Of a DNA stretch of 64,000 nt, positions 1 to 10,819 are shown piece after piece. Every line of letters starts with the position of its first letter. Within the stretch, counting starts at the first letter, position 1. The notes below the pieces were generated by a model. The model saw only the letters and a program-made list of their open reading frames with translations, was not told the origin of the DNA and did not search any database. Source of the stretch: Perna viridis (Eukaryota); contig CM074518.1 in NCBI GenBank assembly GCA_037379345.1, forward strand, positions 17,732,001 through 17,796,000. The letters run 5' to 3'. Made by a program: the position numbers and the translations under genes.

Positions 1-1577
1 AATTCGTGCAACGCGTAGGATGTGTTTTTTTTCAAAATTATGAAGGAACTAATCTTATTAGAATTGAAATAAATCAAGGAAACTCCATAGTTTAGTTAAA
101 ACATATTTTAATAGAAATAAACAAAATGGATCAAACACAAGTAAAATAACATACTTTTGAAGTCTTCTCCTGAAATTATAATAATTACAATAAAGTATAG
201 GTATACGAATTTAATAGTGTTATTTAAGTTTAACAAAGTAAAGGCGGGACAGTTAAAATATAACATTAGGTGATGCGTACTAATTCAGCTTAAGAAATAA
301 GGAATCTTTTAGTGCATTTAACGAAGAAATATACACGGTCCAACACAACCTGATGTTGTTTTTTTCTGATAGATTTTCTGCAAGACCAAAAAGTAGATAT
401 AAATCTATATTGCAAAATTCAAGAACCCACTGTAGGTCGCTCATAAGTTTGGTTTTTTTCACTGTTATAAAGATGGCATACAAAAAGTAATGGTGAGCAG
501 GCTCGTATATAAGACCAAATAGGCACAGAATACTTTATATAATATTAACTTTATACAAATCAAAGTTTAGAAAGGACGAAGAATGACGAAGTTGAGTTAT
601 CAATTTATTTTAAATTTCTCGGGTCCTAGCAAAAATGTTTAGGAACGGTTAATTTATCACTGGTGTTCAGTAAACACGATTTAAATTTTTGGGTGATTGA
701 ATCTCTTTTAATGCTCCGTCTAGTTTATTCCACTCGACTTTTGTTGATGAAAAAAAAGAATTCACCAGTAACCGATAACCTACAGAGTAGAGCAATGATA
801 TCTTCAACATTCCAAAGCGGACATTCTGTAGTAGATTAAATGGTCGGTGGAGTTAGATCATGTAAATAATCTGGAGCCATTTTATAATATATTTTATGAA
901 ATAAATTTAATTTCTTACGTTTTCATCGATCTTCTAGTTTTTTCCATCCAGTTTCGCGATATACTTGCCCAGATTTGGTGAATATCGGTAAGCCAGTTAT
1001 TATATTCTAGCAACTTCGAGATGTAAAGTTTCTAGCTTTTGAGTGTTTACTATCCCACAATTATTCCAGACTTCTAAAGCATATTCAAATAAAGGTCGGA
1101 TATGCACTGGTCGTTATTTAACCCATGGCTATCGCTCGGTATAAAACAATGCGACAAAAATGGCGAGCCCGTGGTAAAGCAATGATAAAATTGAGTTTCC
1201 GAGACTTGTTTCTTAATCCATGTTTTGTTTTCGTTTCGTTTTGTTTGTTTTGTTTTTAAAATTGTTTTTCTGTGCACTGTTTTCTATTTATTATACTTGT
1301 AATGAATTATATGTATGGCATAAGTATAACCCATGAATCCTTTTCGCTTCTTCATATCGAATTGTCTGTTATCCCAACATCAAGATGTGTATGATATTAT
1401 AAAAAAAAGGGTATATGCCAACTGATACGATAACATAAGAAAACTTTATTCTCATTCGGCATGTCATACAAACACAAGCTCCAAGGAATTTTTGACCGAA
1501 TATAAAAATAATTAATATATGTTCAGAGTAGTATACATGATGGGTTCAGGTCGCATTTCTCGGAAGGTGCGCCCCAA

Positions 1578-1689
1578 TGCGCATGCGCATGGCGTGACAT
1601 CCGGTGGTCGAGGACAGGAAGTGATCTTTGGGTGTGACCCGAAGTGACCATTTACCACTGACCACTGACCCTTCTGACCCTTTTGACCC
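1578..1689. promoter_or_regulatory. Cluster of host transcription-factor-like motifs in the Polinton terminal region
   Basis: TGCGCATGCGCA (NRF1-type palindrome) 1578-1589; ACAGGAAGTG (ETS-type) 1614-1623; three TGACCC half-sites spaced by 3 nt at 1666-1689, mirrored at ~6180-6212. Confidence 0.4.
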
Positions 1690-2157
1690 TTATCACCCAC
1701 GCTATAGTGTATTAGTCCGACGCGGACGAGTTCAAAACGGGACCCGCCTCCTCATTAGCGTCGTCCTATGGATTGGAATCGTTAATTATATAAAAAACAT
1801 TCTTTCATTAGCGTCGTCCTATAGATTTAAATGTGTTAATTACGACCAATGAAATTCAAATGTGTTAATTGCGACCAATGGATTTCAAACGTGTGAGATC
1901 CAATCGCGTGCGGTCGCGGGGAGGATAAACACTCCGGGCATTTTCGAAATCGTCATTCTCTTGCAGACTTTCAGAAGAGAAAATGTAAGAATGTTAACCT
2001 CGAAGTTAGCTTTTGGCGCATGGTTTCCTCCGGGGTTTGGGTTCATTGTAGTGTTTGTTTGTGTTGAACCAAGCCTCGAAGTAAGTTTGCATACTTGCAA
2101 CCAGGGACCCTCGTGGGTAAGGTTCAGTATTGACGTTTTTTAGTTTTCTGTTGTAGA

Positions 2158-2812
2158 ATGAATTCTCAAAAGAGACTCAGCCTGACTAAAACTACGTGAA
2201 ACTGGTGAAAACAACATCTACCGAAAAAGTGATACCGTATCTCGTTAGAAAGTGATATCTTATCCGAAGAAATGAGCTTCCAAGGCTTTTGATGTTTTTT
2301 GCCAGACCTTAATGGAACTGAAAAAGGACGATCTGGTGAGCGTGTTGGCCCACCCAGAAGAAGACATGGAAATATGTTATCCGCAGTATTTAAAATTCAA
2401 TTTAGATGGAGGCGTTCACCTCGAAGTGGACGGTGGAATCGTTCAACTGATCCAAGATCCGTTGTCAATGAACTTTCCCCTCGATCGGTGGAAGGTGTTG
2501 GAAAATAACGTAGATGAAATTTTCAGTGTAGTGGAATGTATAAAGAACAATCGATTAGGTTACATGAGCGAACATTTAGGGGCAAACGTCTACGTCACGA
2601 CCGGAAACGATAGTTGGTGTATGGATATGAGACGTTACTGGATATCACCCGACAACCTGAGACACCCCAGTGAGCATGGAATCAGTTTGACATTCGAACA
2701 CTATGATACATTGTTGGACGTGATGAAAATCATTCCGGACCTAGTTCCGGGTTTAAAGGAGACACTTCCGTGTTATATGACACATCAAAACGTAGAAGAT
2801 GTCGTGTGTTGA
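2158..2812 (+). pseudogene. CARD + PC4-like fusion, left copy (CARD disrupted; PC4 part open as ORF 2312-2812)
   Basis: ATG at 2158. C-terminal HLGANVYVTTG..CMDMRRYW..HPSEHGISLTFEHYDTL is a PC4/Sub1-type motif. CARD region has frameshifts and an internal deletion relative to the right copy. Confidence 0.8.
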
Positions 2813-3416
2813 TTTGAATGTAATCCGGATGGATTGTTGTAATGTTATGAGTAAATGTATTATTTTCGTCTCGGGTTTTATGAATAAAAACGCCATGATA
2901 CATTTTCGATACTTTATTGACAAAATCGACAACTATATCTGTAGCTTCTTCGGGGTCGTCCAGGGTCCTGGTTACGTGCGTCATGGGTCGTCCTGCACAT
3001 TTGTGTATGAGGTAAAATATACGATGTTGTCCACACGCGATAGAATCTTCTTTTTGTACTCGAACTGCGTTGTACGTCCAACTACTGCAATGTTTGTTCA
3101 TAAAATTCAGGTAGGCGTGTTGAAAGGATGGTCTTCCCGTCGGGTCGTAGTATTCTCCTCTCGAATTGGCGTCTACGTATATGGCTACCCAGTGTGTGCC
3201 GGGGAGATTATCCGGATCCGTTTTTCCCACTAAAGCAAAGGGAACGTTTATGTCTGGTGAAGACTGCACTTTATTTTTGCTCCTTGGTTTTACATGACTT
3301 CTGGTGGTGTTCATTGTATATCCCGTATAGCTTCTGCTATTTTTGATGAAACATCCTCTCATTTTTTGCAACTTTCTTGATTTATTAAGGTCATCGATTC
3401 TTATGCGAGGATGCAC
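2730..3416 (-). CDS. Adenain-like cysteine protease (Polinton maturation protease), left copy with a foreign N-terminus
   Basis: PGTHWVAIYVD..GEYYDPTG..VQ..SIACGQH retains the catalytic His, Asp, Gln and Cys. The protease-homologous part is ~2890-3255; sequence upstream of PDINV does not match the N-terminus of the right copy. Confidence 0.85.
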   Translation of the reverse strand: MHPRIRIDDLNKSRKLQKMRGCFIKNSRSYTGYTMNTTRSHVKPRSKNKVQSSPDINVPFALVGKTDPDNLPGTHWVAIYVDANSRGEYYDPTGRPSFQHAYLNFMNKHCSSWTYNAVRVQKEDSIACGQHRIFYLIHKCAGRPMTHVTRTLDDPEEATDIVVDFVNKVSKMYHGVFIHKTRDENNTFTHNITTIHPDYIQINTRHLLRFDVSYNTEVSPLNPELGPE

Positions 3417-3467
3417 GGTGCTCCGCTCTGGTTTCCACTTGTATTTGATATTCTGACGTTGTACGTT

Positions 3468-3796
3468 TTACGTTTTTAATACAGCTTCACGATCTTTGTT
3501 CCGAAATCTTCTCTATACAGTTTCATTTATAAGTGTCACATCTGTTTTATTGGCTTTTTTCATTCCTCCAGCTGGGCTACCACGAGGTCTTTTGGGGTCT
3601 CATTTTCTTTTGTCAGTTCATTCTTTGATTTGCAATGTACCCTACCTGTCGTCCATTGCACGTGTATGGCACCACGACTTGTGATCTCTTCTAAATGAAT
3701 CCCTCGACAGGGAACTATCTTGCAAATCTTTATTGCTCCGGGTGCGTCCATCTCATTTGCGAGTCAACCAAGAAGTGTCCACATATCCTTTTTCAT
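3468..3796 (-). pseudogene. Decayed small ORF (about 110 codons) between ATPase and protease; unknown, possibly death-fold
   Basis: ATG at 3796, just after the ATPase stop. In the right arm the homologous TAA lies about 10 nt before the protease ATG. Needs one frameshift and several stop corrections. Confidence 0.4.
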
Positions 3797-3798
3797 CT

Positions 3799-4478
3799 CT
3801 ATTTATACTTTTCCTTATCTAAGAACACATCCTGAAATTCCCATGGGAAAATGTTGCTTCTCAATCTCAAGTTGTCTAGAGTGTCCTGTTTCATTTCGAT
3901 CAATAAATATCCGTGGGGTTTGGCAGTGGCATACTCGTACGATTTCACAAAGTATTTTGTCTTATTGGGGAACATTTGTTGGGCCATGGTCATGGCCTGT
4001 GATACGTCTCTATGATTTTTAAAAAGAACCAGGTAATGAGCATTCAGACTGATGGTTCTGTGATACTTGGTTTTGTTGAACAGATTCTGAACCAGCAACA
4101 TAACACCTATATTTTTATAGTGAGAATATTTCGTGAAGAGATGCAAGATAGATTCGGTGACCGAATTCATCATATTGTCTAGAATAAGCAAATATTTCTC
4201 TCTGGGATCCAAGGTGTCAAGGTCGGGGAGTCTTTGTACAAAGTCGACATCCTGCATGGTTCCATAAATGGTCTGGTACACGTCGTAGCACCACGTTATC
4301 CGATCGGGTCTAGGCATCATCATGTGCTTTACGTTTTGAACGAATCGGCGTACAAACATCGTTTTTCCACTTCCGGTGGGTCCTCCTATGATGCTGGTAA
4401 AGGGATGGGCAAAGGGGATGAAGTGGTCATCGAAGTATCCTTTGGGAACGTTTTGAGTTTCATCCTGGATCGATTGGT
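3799..4478 (-). CDS. A32/FtsK-family DNA packaging ATPase of Polinton type (5' end truncated at the arm junction)
   Basis: HPFTSIIGGPTGSGKT (Walker A), LLILDN (Walker B, DD>DN), FTKYSHY, VQNLF, RTISLNAHYLVLFKN.RD, PHGYLLI, RLRSNIFP. Confidence 0.93.
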
Positions 4479-4605
4479 CTCGTGGTAGACCAGCTGGAGG
4501 AAAGAAAAAAGCCAATAAAACAGATGTGACACTTATAAATGAAACTGTATAGAGAGGATTTCGGAACAAAGATCGTGTAGCTGTATTAAGAACGTAAAAC
4601 AGTGC

Positions 4606-5013
4606 ATGATGAACACGACAGACATTGACGCCATAGTGAAAAAGCACCCGGTCACCAAACACGTATTTGAAGGGATGTATGCGAGGAACAGATTCCCCAG
4701 AGACATAAACGTTCCCTTTGCTTTAGTTGGAAACACAGATCTGGATAATCTCCCCGGCACACACTTTGTAGTCGTATACGAAGACGCCAATTCGAGAGGA
4801 GAATACTACGACCCAACAGTAAGACCACCCTTTCAACACGCCTACCTGAATTTTATGTACAAACATTGCAGTAGTTGGGCGTACAACGCAGTTCGAGTAC
4901 AAGAAGAAGATTCTATCGTGTGTGGACAACATTGTATATTTTACCTCATACACAGGTGTGCAGGACGACCCATGACGCACGTGTCAAGGACCCTGGACGA
5001 CAAAAAACAATAA
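4606..5013 (+). CDS. Adenain-like cysteine protease, right copy (native N-terminus, C-terminus clipped)
   Basis: MNTTDIDAIVKKHP..FEGMYARNRFP..LVGNTD..PGTHF..GEYYDP..VQ..CGQHCIFYL. Ends prematurely at RTLDDKKQ, where the left copy continues RTLDDPEEATDIVVDFV. Confidence 0.88.
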   Translation: MMNTTDIDAIVKKHPVTKHVFEGMYARNRFPRDINVPFALVGNTDLDNLPGTHFVVVYEDANSRGEYYDPTVRPPFQHAYLNFMYKHCSSWAYNAVRVQEEDSIVCGQHCIFYLIHRCAGRPMTHVSRTLDDKKQ

Positions 5014-5748
5014 ACGGCAACTTCTACGTTTTGATGTGTCATATAACACGGAAGTGTCTTCTTTAAACCCGGAACTAGGTCCGGAATTGACTTTCATCAC
5101 GTCCAACAATGTATCATAGTGTTCGAATGTCAAACTGATTCCATGCTCACTAGGGTGTCTCAGGTTGTCGGATGATATCCAGTAACGTCTCATATCCATA
5201 CACCAACTATCGTTTCCGGTCGTGACGTAGACGTTTACCCCCCCCCCCCACCCCTTAAATGTTCGCTTATGTAACCAAATCGATTGTTCTTTATACATTC
5301 CACTACACTGGAAATTTCATTTACGTTATTTTCCAACACCTTCCACCGACCGAGGGGAAAGTTCATTGTCAACGGATCTTGGATCAGTTGAACGATTCCA
5401 CCGTCCACTTCGAGGTGAACGCCTCCATCTAAATTGAATTTTAAATACTGCGGATAACATATTTCCATGTCTTCTTCTGGGTGGGCCAACACGCTCACCA
5501 GATCGTCCCTTTTCAGTTCCATTAAGGTCTGGCAAAATACATCAAAAGCCTTGGGTCCTCTTCTGGGCAGGAGTTCCAGTAAGGTTCTCGCCCTCGCCGC
5601 TCTGGTCGGTTGATTCACGATGTATTCGCTCATTTCTTCGGATAAGATATCACTTTCTAACGAGATACGGTATCACTTTTTCGGTAGGTGTTGTTTTCAC
5701 CAGTTTCACGTAGTTTTTAGTCAGGCTGAGTCTCTTTTGGGAATTCAT
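5010..5748 (-). pseudogene. CARD + PC4-like fusion, right copy (frameshifted)
   Basis: From ATG 5748, with one +1 correction near 5660: MNSQKRLSLTKNYVKLVKTTPTEKVIPYL-LESDILSEEMSEYIVNQPTRAARARTLLELLPRRGPKAFDVFCQTLMELKRDDLVSVL, a caspase-2/RAIDD-like CARD pattern. Followed by PC4-like region; further frameshifts at the poly-C run (~5240) and ~5090. Confidence 0.85.
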
Positions 5749-6356
5749 TCTACAACAGAAAACAAAAAACGTCAATACTGAACCTTACCCACGAGGGTCC
5801 CTGGTTGCAAGTATGCAAACTTACTTCGAGGTTTGGTTCAACACAAACAAACACTACAATGAACCCAAACCCCGGAGGAAACCATGCGCCAATAGCTAAC
5901 TTCGAGGTAAATATTCTTACCTTTTCTCTTCTGAAAGTCCGCAAGAGAATGACGATTTCGTCCGGAGTGTTTATCCTCCCCGCGACCGCACGCGACTGGA
6001 TCTCGCACGTTTGAATTTCATTGGTCGCAATTAACACATTTAAATCTATAGGAAGACGCTAATGAATGAGTGGTTTTATGTAATGAACAATTCCAATCCA
6101 TAGGACGACGCTAATGAGGACGCGGGTCCGTTTTGAACTCGTCCGCGTCGAACTAATACATGATAGCGTGGGGTGGTAAGGGTCAAAAGGGTCAGAAGGG
6201 TCAGAATGGTCATTGTCCAGAATGCTCAGTGGTCAACAGGGGTCACTTCTGGTCCTTGGCTACCGAATGTGATGTCATGTGCATGCGCATTGAGGTGCAC
6301 CTCCCTGCACCACCCGAGAAATGCGATCTGAACCCATCATGTATACTACTGTTCAG

Positions 6357-6480
6357 TGAGGACTGAGTTTTGAACTTTGATGGAGGGACTTTCCTCAAAT
6401 TTGTCCCCACTGCAAGTACTTGAAATTTATCAGGATTTGCCTGCATTTTATTAAACCGAAACCAAGGATCAAATATTTTG
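6357..6480 (-). mobile_element. Short non-LTR retrotransposon RT fragment (CR1/L2 group)
   Basis: Minus-strand translation WFRFNKMQANPDKFQVLAVG is typical of the post-YADD region of CR1/L2-type RTs. Confidence 0.7.
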
Positions 6481-7122
6481 TCAAAACAATCAGATAATTG
6501 TATTTAATATATGAAACTTTTCAGAAAAGTATATATCTGAAAACTAGGCATAGTATAAACAGCATTAAATAGCAAGCGGACATGTCAGAGAACACACATA
6601 ATAACTCAAATCTAGAAACCAAATGATTTAATGATATTTTTAGAGAAAAAAAATAATAAAAATAATCCCGGTCCCAAGGGTCTGTGTTTTGTGGCATGGC
6701 ACCTATTGGTACACTATCATATCGAACGATACATTTATAGGACAGCATGATGCCAACCGTAATGTTATTTATTTATTTATTTACTTATTTATTGCGGTGG
6801 TATTAAATAAGCAACAAAAATCTTCGACATTTTTAATATAAATCGAACTCTTTCGGTCTGGAACTTCAAGTGCACATTTAAAACCGTGACACGACATTGT
6901 TAATAAGGTGCTTTTAGGTGAAATTTCAATTCTTAATTTTTTTTGGGGGTGGGATTAAAAAAGGACACTGTTTTATGTAGCTTATTCAGTGTCATTAGTA
7001 CATTGGACTGGACAATCGTTTACCAAGTATTTATTGATGACAAAGGGTTGCCTATCTGTTAGGTCGATCAGTACATACTAGAAATTGATTTTTAGTTGTG
7101 TTTAATTGTGTAATATTTTTCC

Positions 7123-7227
7123 ACAGTGGCCAGACTTTAAAGGGGGAAGAGGGTTTGAGCACGCCTAAGTACTTTAATCCAGCCACATTTTTGCGCCTGT
7201 CCCAGGTCACGGATTTCTGGCCTCTGT
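7123..7227 (+). ncRNA. Degenerate twister-ribozyme-like motif (P5-type permutation) in an interspersed repeat
   Basis: Closing stem ACAGtGGCCAGA/TCTGGCCtCTGT; inside, in twister order: TAAA-GGGG..GAGGG-[P1 region]-TAA-TCCA-GCC-[hairpin]-GCCTG-TCCCAGGT-CACGG-A. Several core mismatches. Confidence 0.5.
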
Positions 7228-10200
7228 ATGTCTTGTTTCCTTTTCACCTTTTGTTTATATTTTTTTTATGTTACTTGAGAATATAGGGCCAACTATTTCG
7301 CTGTGCCTGTGTATGGTGATGTTTTTGGGGCCGACTGCAGTCTGCCCTGTGGTGTGGGGGTTTCCTCGTTGTTCATTGAAGACATATAATTTCCTAATTC
7401 AATGTGATCATTATGTTTGTTTCAGGATAACCTAATTAGTCAAATACTAAGTTTATAATCAATTCATAGAGCGTTTTGATCATATCCATTCCAAACAAAA
7501 CAGGATGATAGTTGGTCCAATTTTTTTGGCACTGTCAGGTTTGAATATGATCCTATTTTTATTTTTCTGACAAGAAGTTGTTGTATTGATAAACTCTTCT
7601 TTCATCAAGCTAGGACACTGCCTGTGTGTTATAAATATACTCATCCATTTGTCCTTCATTTGTGTTAAAATTGGTCATTTCCTTCTATTAAACAAAGATA
7701 CAATAAGATGATAAAATGAGCAGTTTATTCCAGTAAAAAAATAACATGGCAAACATTAGAACTACAGATCCTACTATTGTTTATTTACTACTAGTATTGT
7801 ATAAATGCACAAGAAATATCTTTGTCCAACAGAAAACGGAGGTAAAATATGGATGACAACTACATAATGCCAAATAAAAACTTCAGATCTAAACAAAATA
7901 CAGTAGTATACTACTGCCTCCATATCTACTAAGGCTTACTATCATTTTATATATGGTTCTATACTACTGACTCCATTAATTACTAAGGCTTACTATCAAC
8001 TCATATCTGGTTCAAAATACTGCTAACAGAACAGTTAACTATATAATTACCGGTTACATTCATATCAGCTATCTTGACAATTAAGGCACATTTATTTTCA
8101 AAGCAAAGAAGACATAGTACCTTTAATACAACATGATAAGCCTTATCTAATCCTATGCTTATGTGCATTTATACAATATCATTTCTACTATACTATACAT
8201 TTTTATCAATTACTTGATTTGTATAAAATTTAATTGAACACTGCTGCAGTTTGAAAATTTTGGGTAAAAATGAACAGTACACTACAGTCCATCTTTTTTT
8301 GGGGGGGATTATCTATTTTCCTTTGACAACTTGTTTTGAGTAATAATAATCAATGCTTAAAGCTATATTATTTCTTCAATAAACTGGAATTTTTTCTATA
8401 GGCTGGTTTACCAGGTCTCAATAATAACCTTGCTATCAACTTAATTAGTTATAATCACAGATTTTTCCTAACTTTCCATGGCCCAACCACTACTTCAACA
8501 AAACAAACACAGTAACTATACACCACAAAGTTATGATATGGACATTACCAGGAATATTGGCACATTAAAATAACACAATCAATGGCTTAACAAAATACTC
8601 ATCTAATTTAAATTAAATCTTCAATGTTGTTGCCCCTATATGTCTACTCATGTCCCACAATGATCTCAAATACCAAAGGATTTTATGTCTGAAAACATTG
8701 AAATCATACCAAAATATGATTGAGATTTTCAAATGGTGCTAGAGTTCTTTTTTTATCATTTAAAATTAATTTTGTGATTAATACCCATCTCAAAGTGCCC
8801 TGCTTACAACTATACCTTAGCATTTATATGACATCAAAATATACTTTATTATGGCATCACAAACATCATAATATATTTCAATGATGTCAAACAAAATAGG
8901 GAAATTGTCTCAAAACGTGAATAGAATTACATATATTGTTGTTTACTGTAACAACCTCATACTTATAACAGTAACGGCTGTATTGTAAGATCATTTAGAA
9001 TAAGACATTATAGGGGAGAGACATGGAAAATTTATTTTTAATTAAATTAACAAAATAATAGTAACATGTTTTAACTTCTTTCCATCAACACTGCTATATT
9101 GTAACTGTAACATGTAAAAATGCCCCCCAAAAAAACAACTATTTTATTTTACTGAAATCCAAAACATGAAATCATTCACTCCACACTTTGAAACTGAGTA
9201 GGTTATGCAATACACAAAAAATGAAAAAAAAAAGATATTATTAAAGCAAGAATCACTGGATTATGCACCTACATGTATTCTAGCTTAATTTCATCAAATA
9301 TAAGCATGAAATTCACTGACTGAAATCTATTGCACATAATATACAAGGGAGGATCGCGTGATTCTGTTCATAAATATTCAAATATAATAATTTGTAACTA
9401 TTAAGCACTGTATGGCTGTAACTCAGGCAAGACAATTGGTTTTAATGGCTAATTCAACTATATTTGGAAATTAAAATTTAGCTCCTAAAAATAAAAAAAA
9501 AATCTTTAACACCCATCATGTCATGTTCCTAAGTGGGTTTTTTTTATATTCAAAAGATACATGTACATAAATTACATGTATTACATAAAGATGCTATTTT
9601 CATCATATTAAAAAAATATATTTATCAAAGACAAAGATTGTGCAGTTTCAAGCAAATAGCTGTACACAAAAATTCTGAGTGATAAAACTAGACACATAAA
9701 TGTACATGTATATCAAAGAAAAAAAAACATCATCATTAACATTAGTAGCATAATCATTAACATACAGCTCATTTACATGTCCTACATGTACTTGTAACAT
9801 CTGATAAACCTTCTGTAATTTAAACTATTATGGTTTTAGTTTACATGTAACAGGTTTTTGTTGCATGACATGATGTCATTTATCACATTGTATATCTGAT
9901 ATTCCAGACTTTTTTATATTGGTGAAATGCAATACTGAAACAACATTATTGATAAATACATGTACACTAAATTTACCTTTATATTTTATTTAAAGCAACT
10001 GCATCTGACAGTTAGATTGAAATTCTGTACAACTTTCTTACAAATTTAGGAAAATGCTGAAAGTACAATACTGAATAAAAAATATAAAACAAAAAGAAAA
10101 ATTTATCAGTATTCATAACACACGAGACAGTTGACTTTATACATCACAAGCTTGTGACAACTGAACCCCCCCACCCACCCCCTACTGGTCATCGTTACTC

Positions 10201-10819
10201 AGGAAAATTGAATTTCTCTACATGTATTTTGATATATTTGCTGTTTAAGTATATGTCCTATAAATTTTAATAATTTTTTCATATTAGTAACAATTATCAG
10301 TAAACTTTAACATTGTCCTGGGCTCGCATGTATTGCTATGGCAATTACAACATAAATTGGTGTTCATAAACAAAGTCTTTTTTTCTTGCAGTAACCACTT
10401 TGAAAAGTCCATACTGGGCTATACTATAAAATCACTTTCTTTGAAATTAACTTAACTGCATTGTATCAAGAAATGGACATGATTTTAATCAAATCTCAGC
10501 TGAAACAAGTTGTTTTTTTGATGTTTTAACCTGACAACCCTTATATGTATCCTAGTAATCATAACTAATGACAATATAAAAATATAGAATGTCTCAAGGT
10601 AATAATGATAACAAAATTCACAGCTGATTTTCCACACTGACTAGACTAATTCTGAATTCTGTTATCTGAAAGCTGTAGCATGCTATTTATAGCAGTTACC
10701 ATATGGTCTTTGGTTCAAAGGTCAAATATATCACTCCCTGAAGTTTCCATACAAATCACTAAAAGTTTGTTCCTTGAATTCTTAATTTGATCACTAGTTT
10801 TGCCTAGAACATACAACTC

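Larger units (their letters stand above)
1527..3586 (+). repeat. Left arm of the long inverted repeat of the Polinton derivative
   Basis: Reverse complement of 4479-6350 over the terminal region, CARD-PC4, protease and the 3' end of the small ORF. Left arm lacks about 70 bp at ~2278 and has a unique segment at ~3255-3460. Confidence 0.9.
1527..6350. mobile_element. Non-autonomous Polinton/Maverick (adintovirus-like) derivative, quasi-palindromic
   Basis: Starts AGTAGTATACATGATGGGTTCAG (1527) and ends with the reverse complement CTGAACCCATCATGTATACTACT (6350). Identical 6-bp flanks GTTCAG at 1521-1526 and 6351-6356. Encodes A32-like ATPase, adenain-like protease and PC4, all typical Polinton genes. 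No pPolB, integrase or capsid ORF seen. Confidence 0.95.
4479..6350 (-). repeat. Right arm of the long inverted repeat of the Polinton derivative
   Basis: Homology to the left arm begins at CTCGTGGTAG (4479), matching CTACCACGAG ending at 3586. A deletion at ~5000-5010 joins the protease 3' end to the PC4 3' end. Confidence 0.9.

Noticed and set aside
1-1210. Possible DNA transposon remnant at the window start
   Set aside because: No partner terminus, TSD or coding motif is visible within the window.
1862-2143. ORFs 1862-2143 and 1885-2100 and their mirrors at 5750-6037
   Set aside because: Shared only because of the inverted duplication; no recognisable domain.
4479-4662. N-terminal ~60 aa of the 287-aa ATPase ORF
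   Set aside because: It is the antisense of the right arm read through the junction at 4478/4479, not part of the ATPase.
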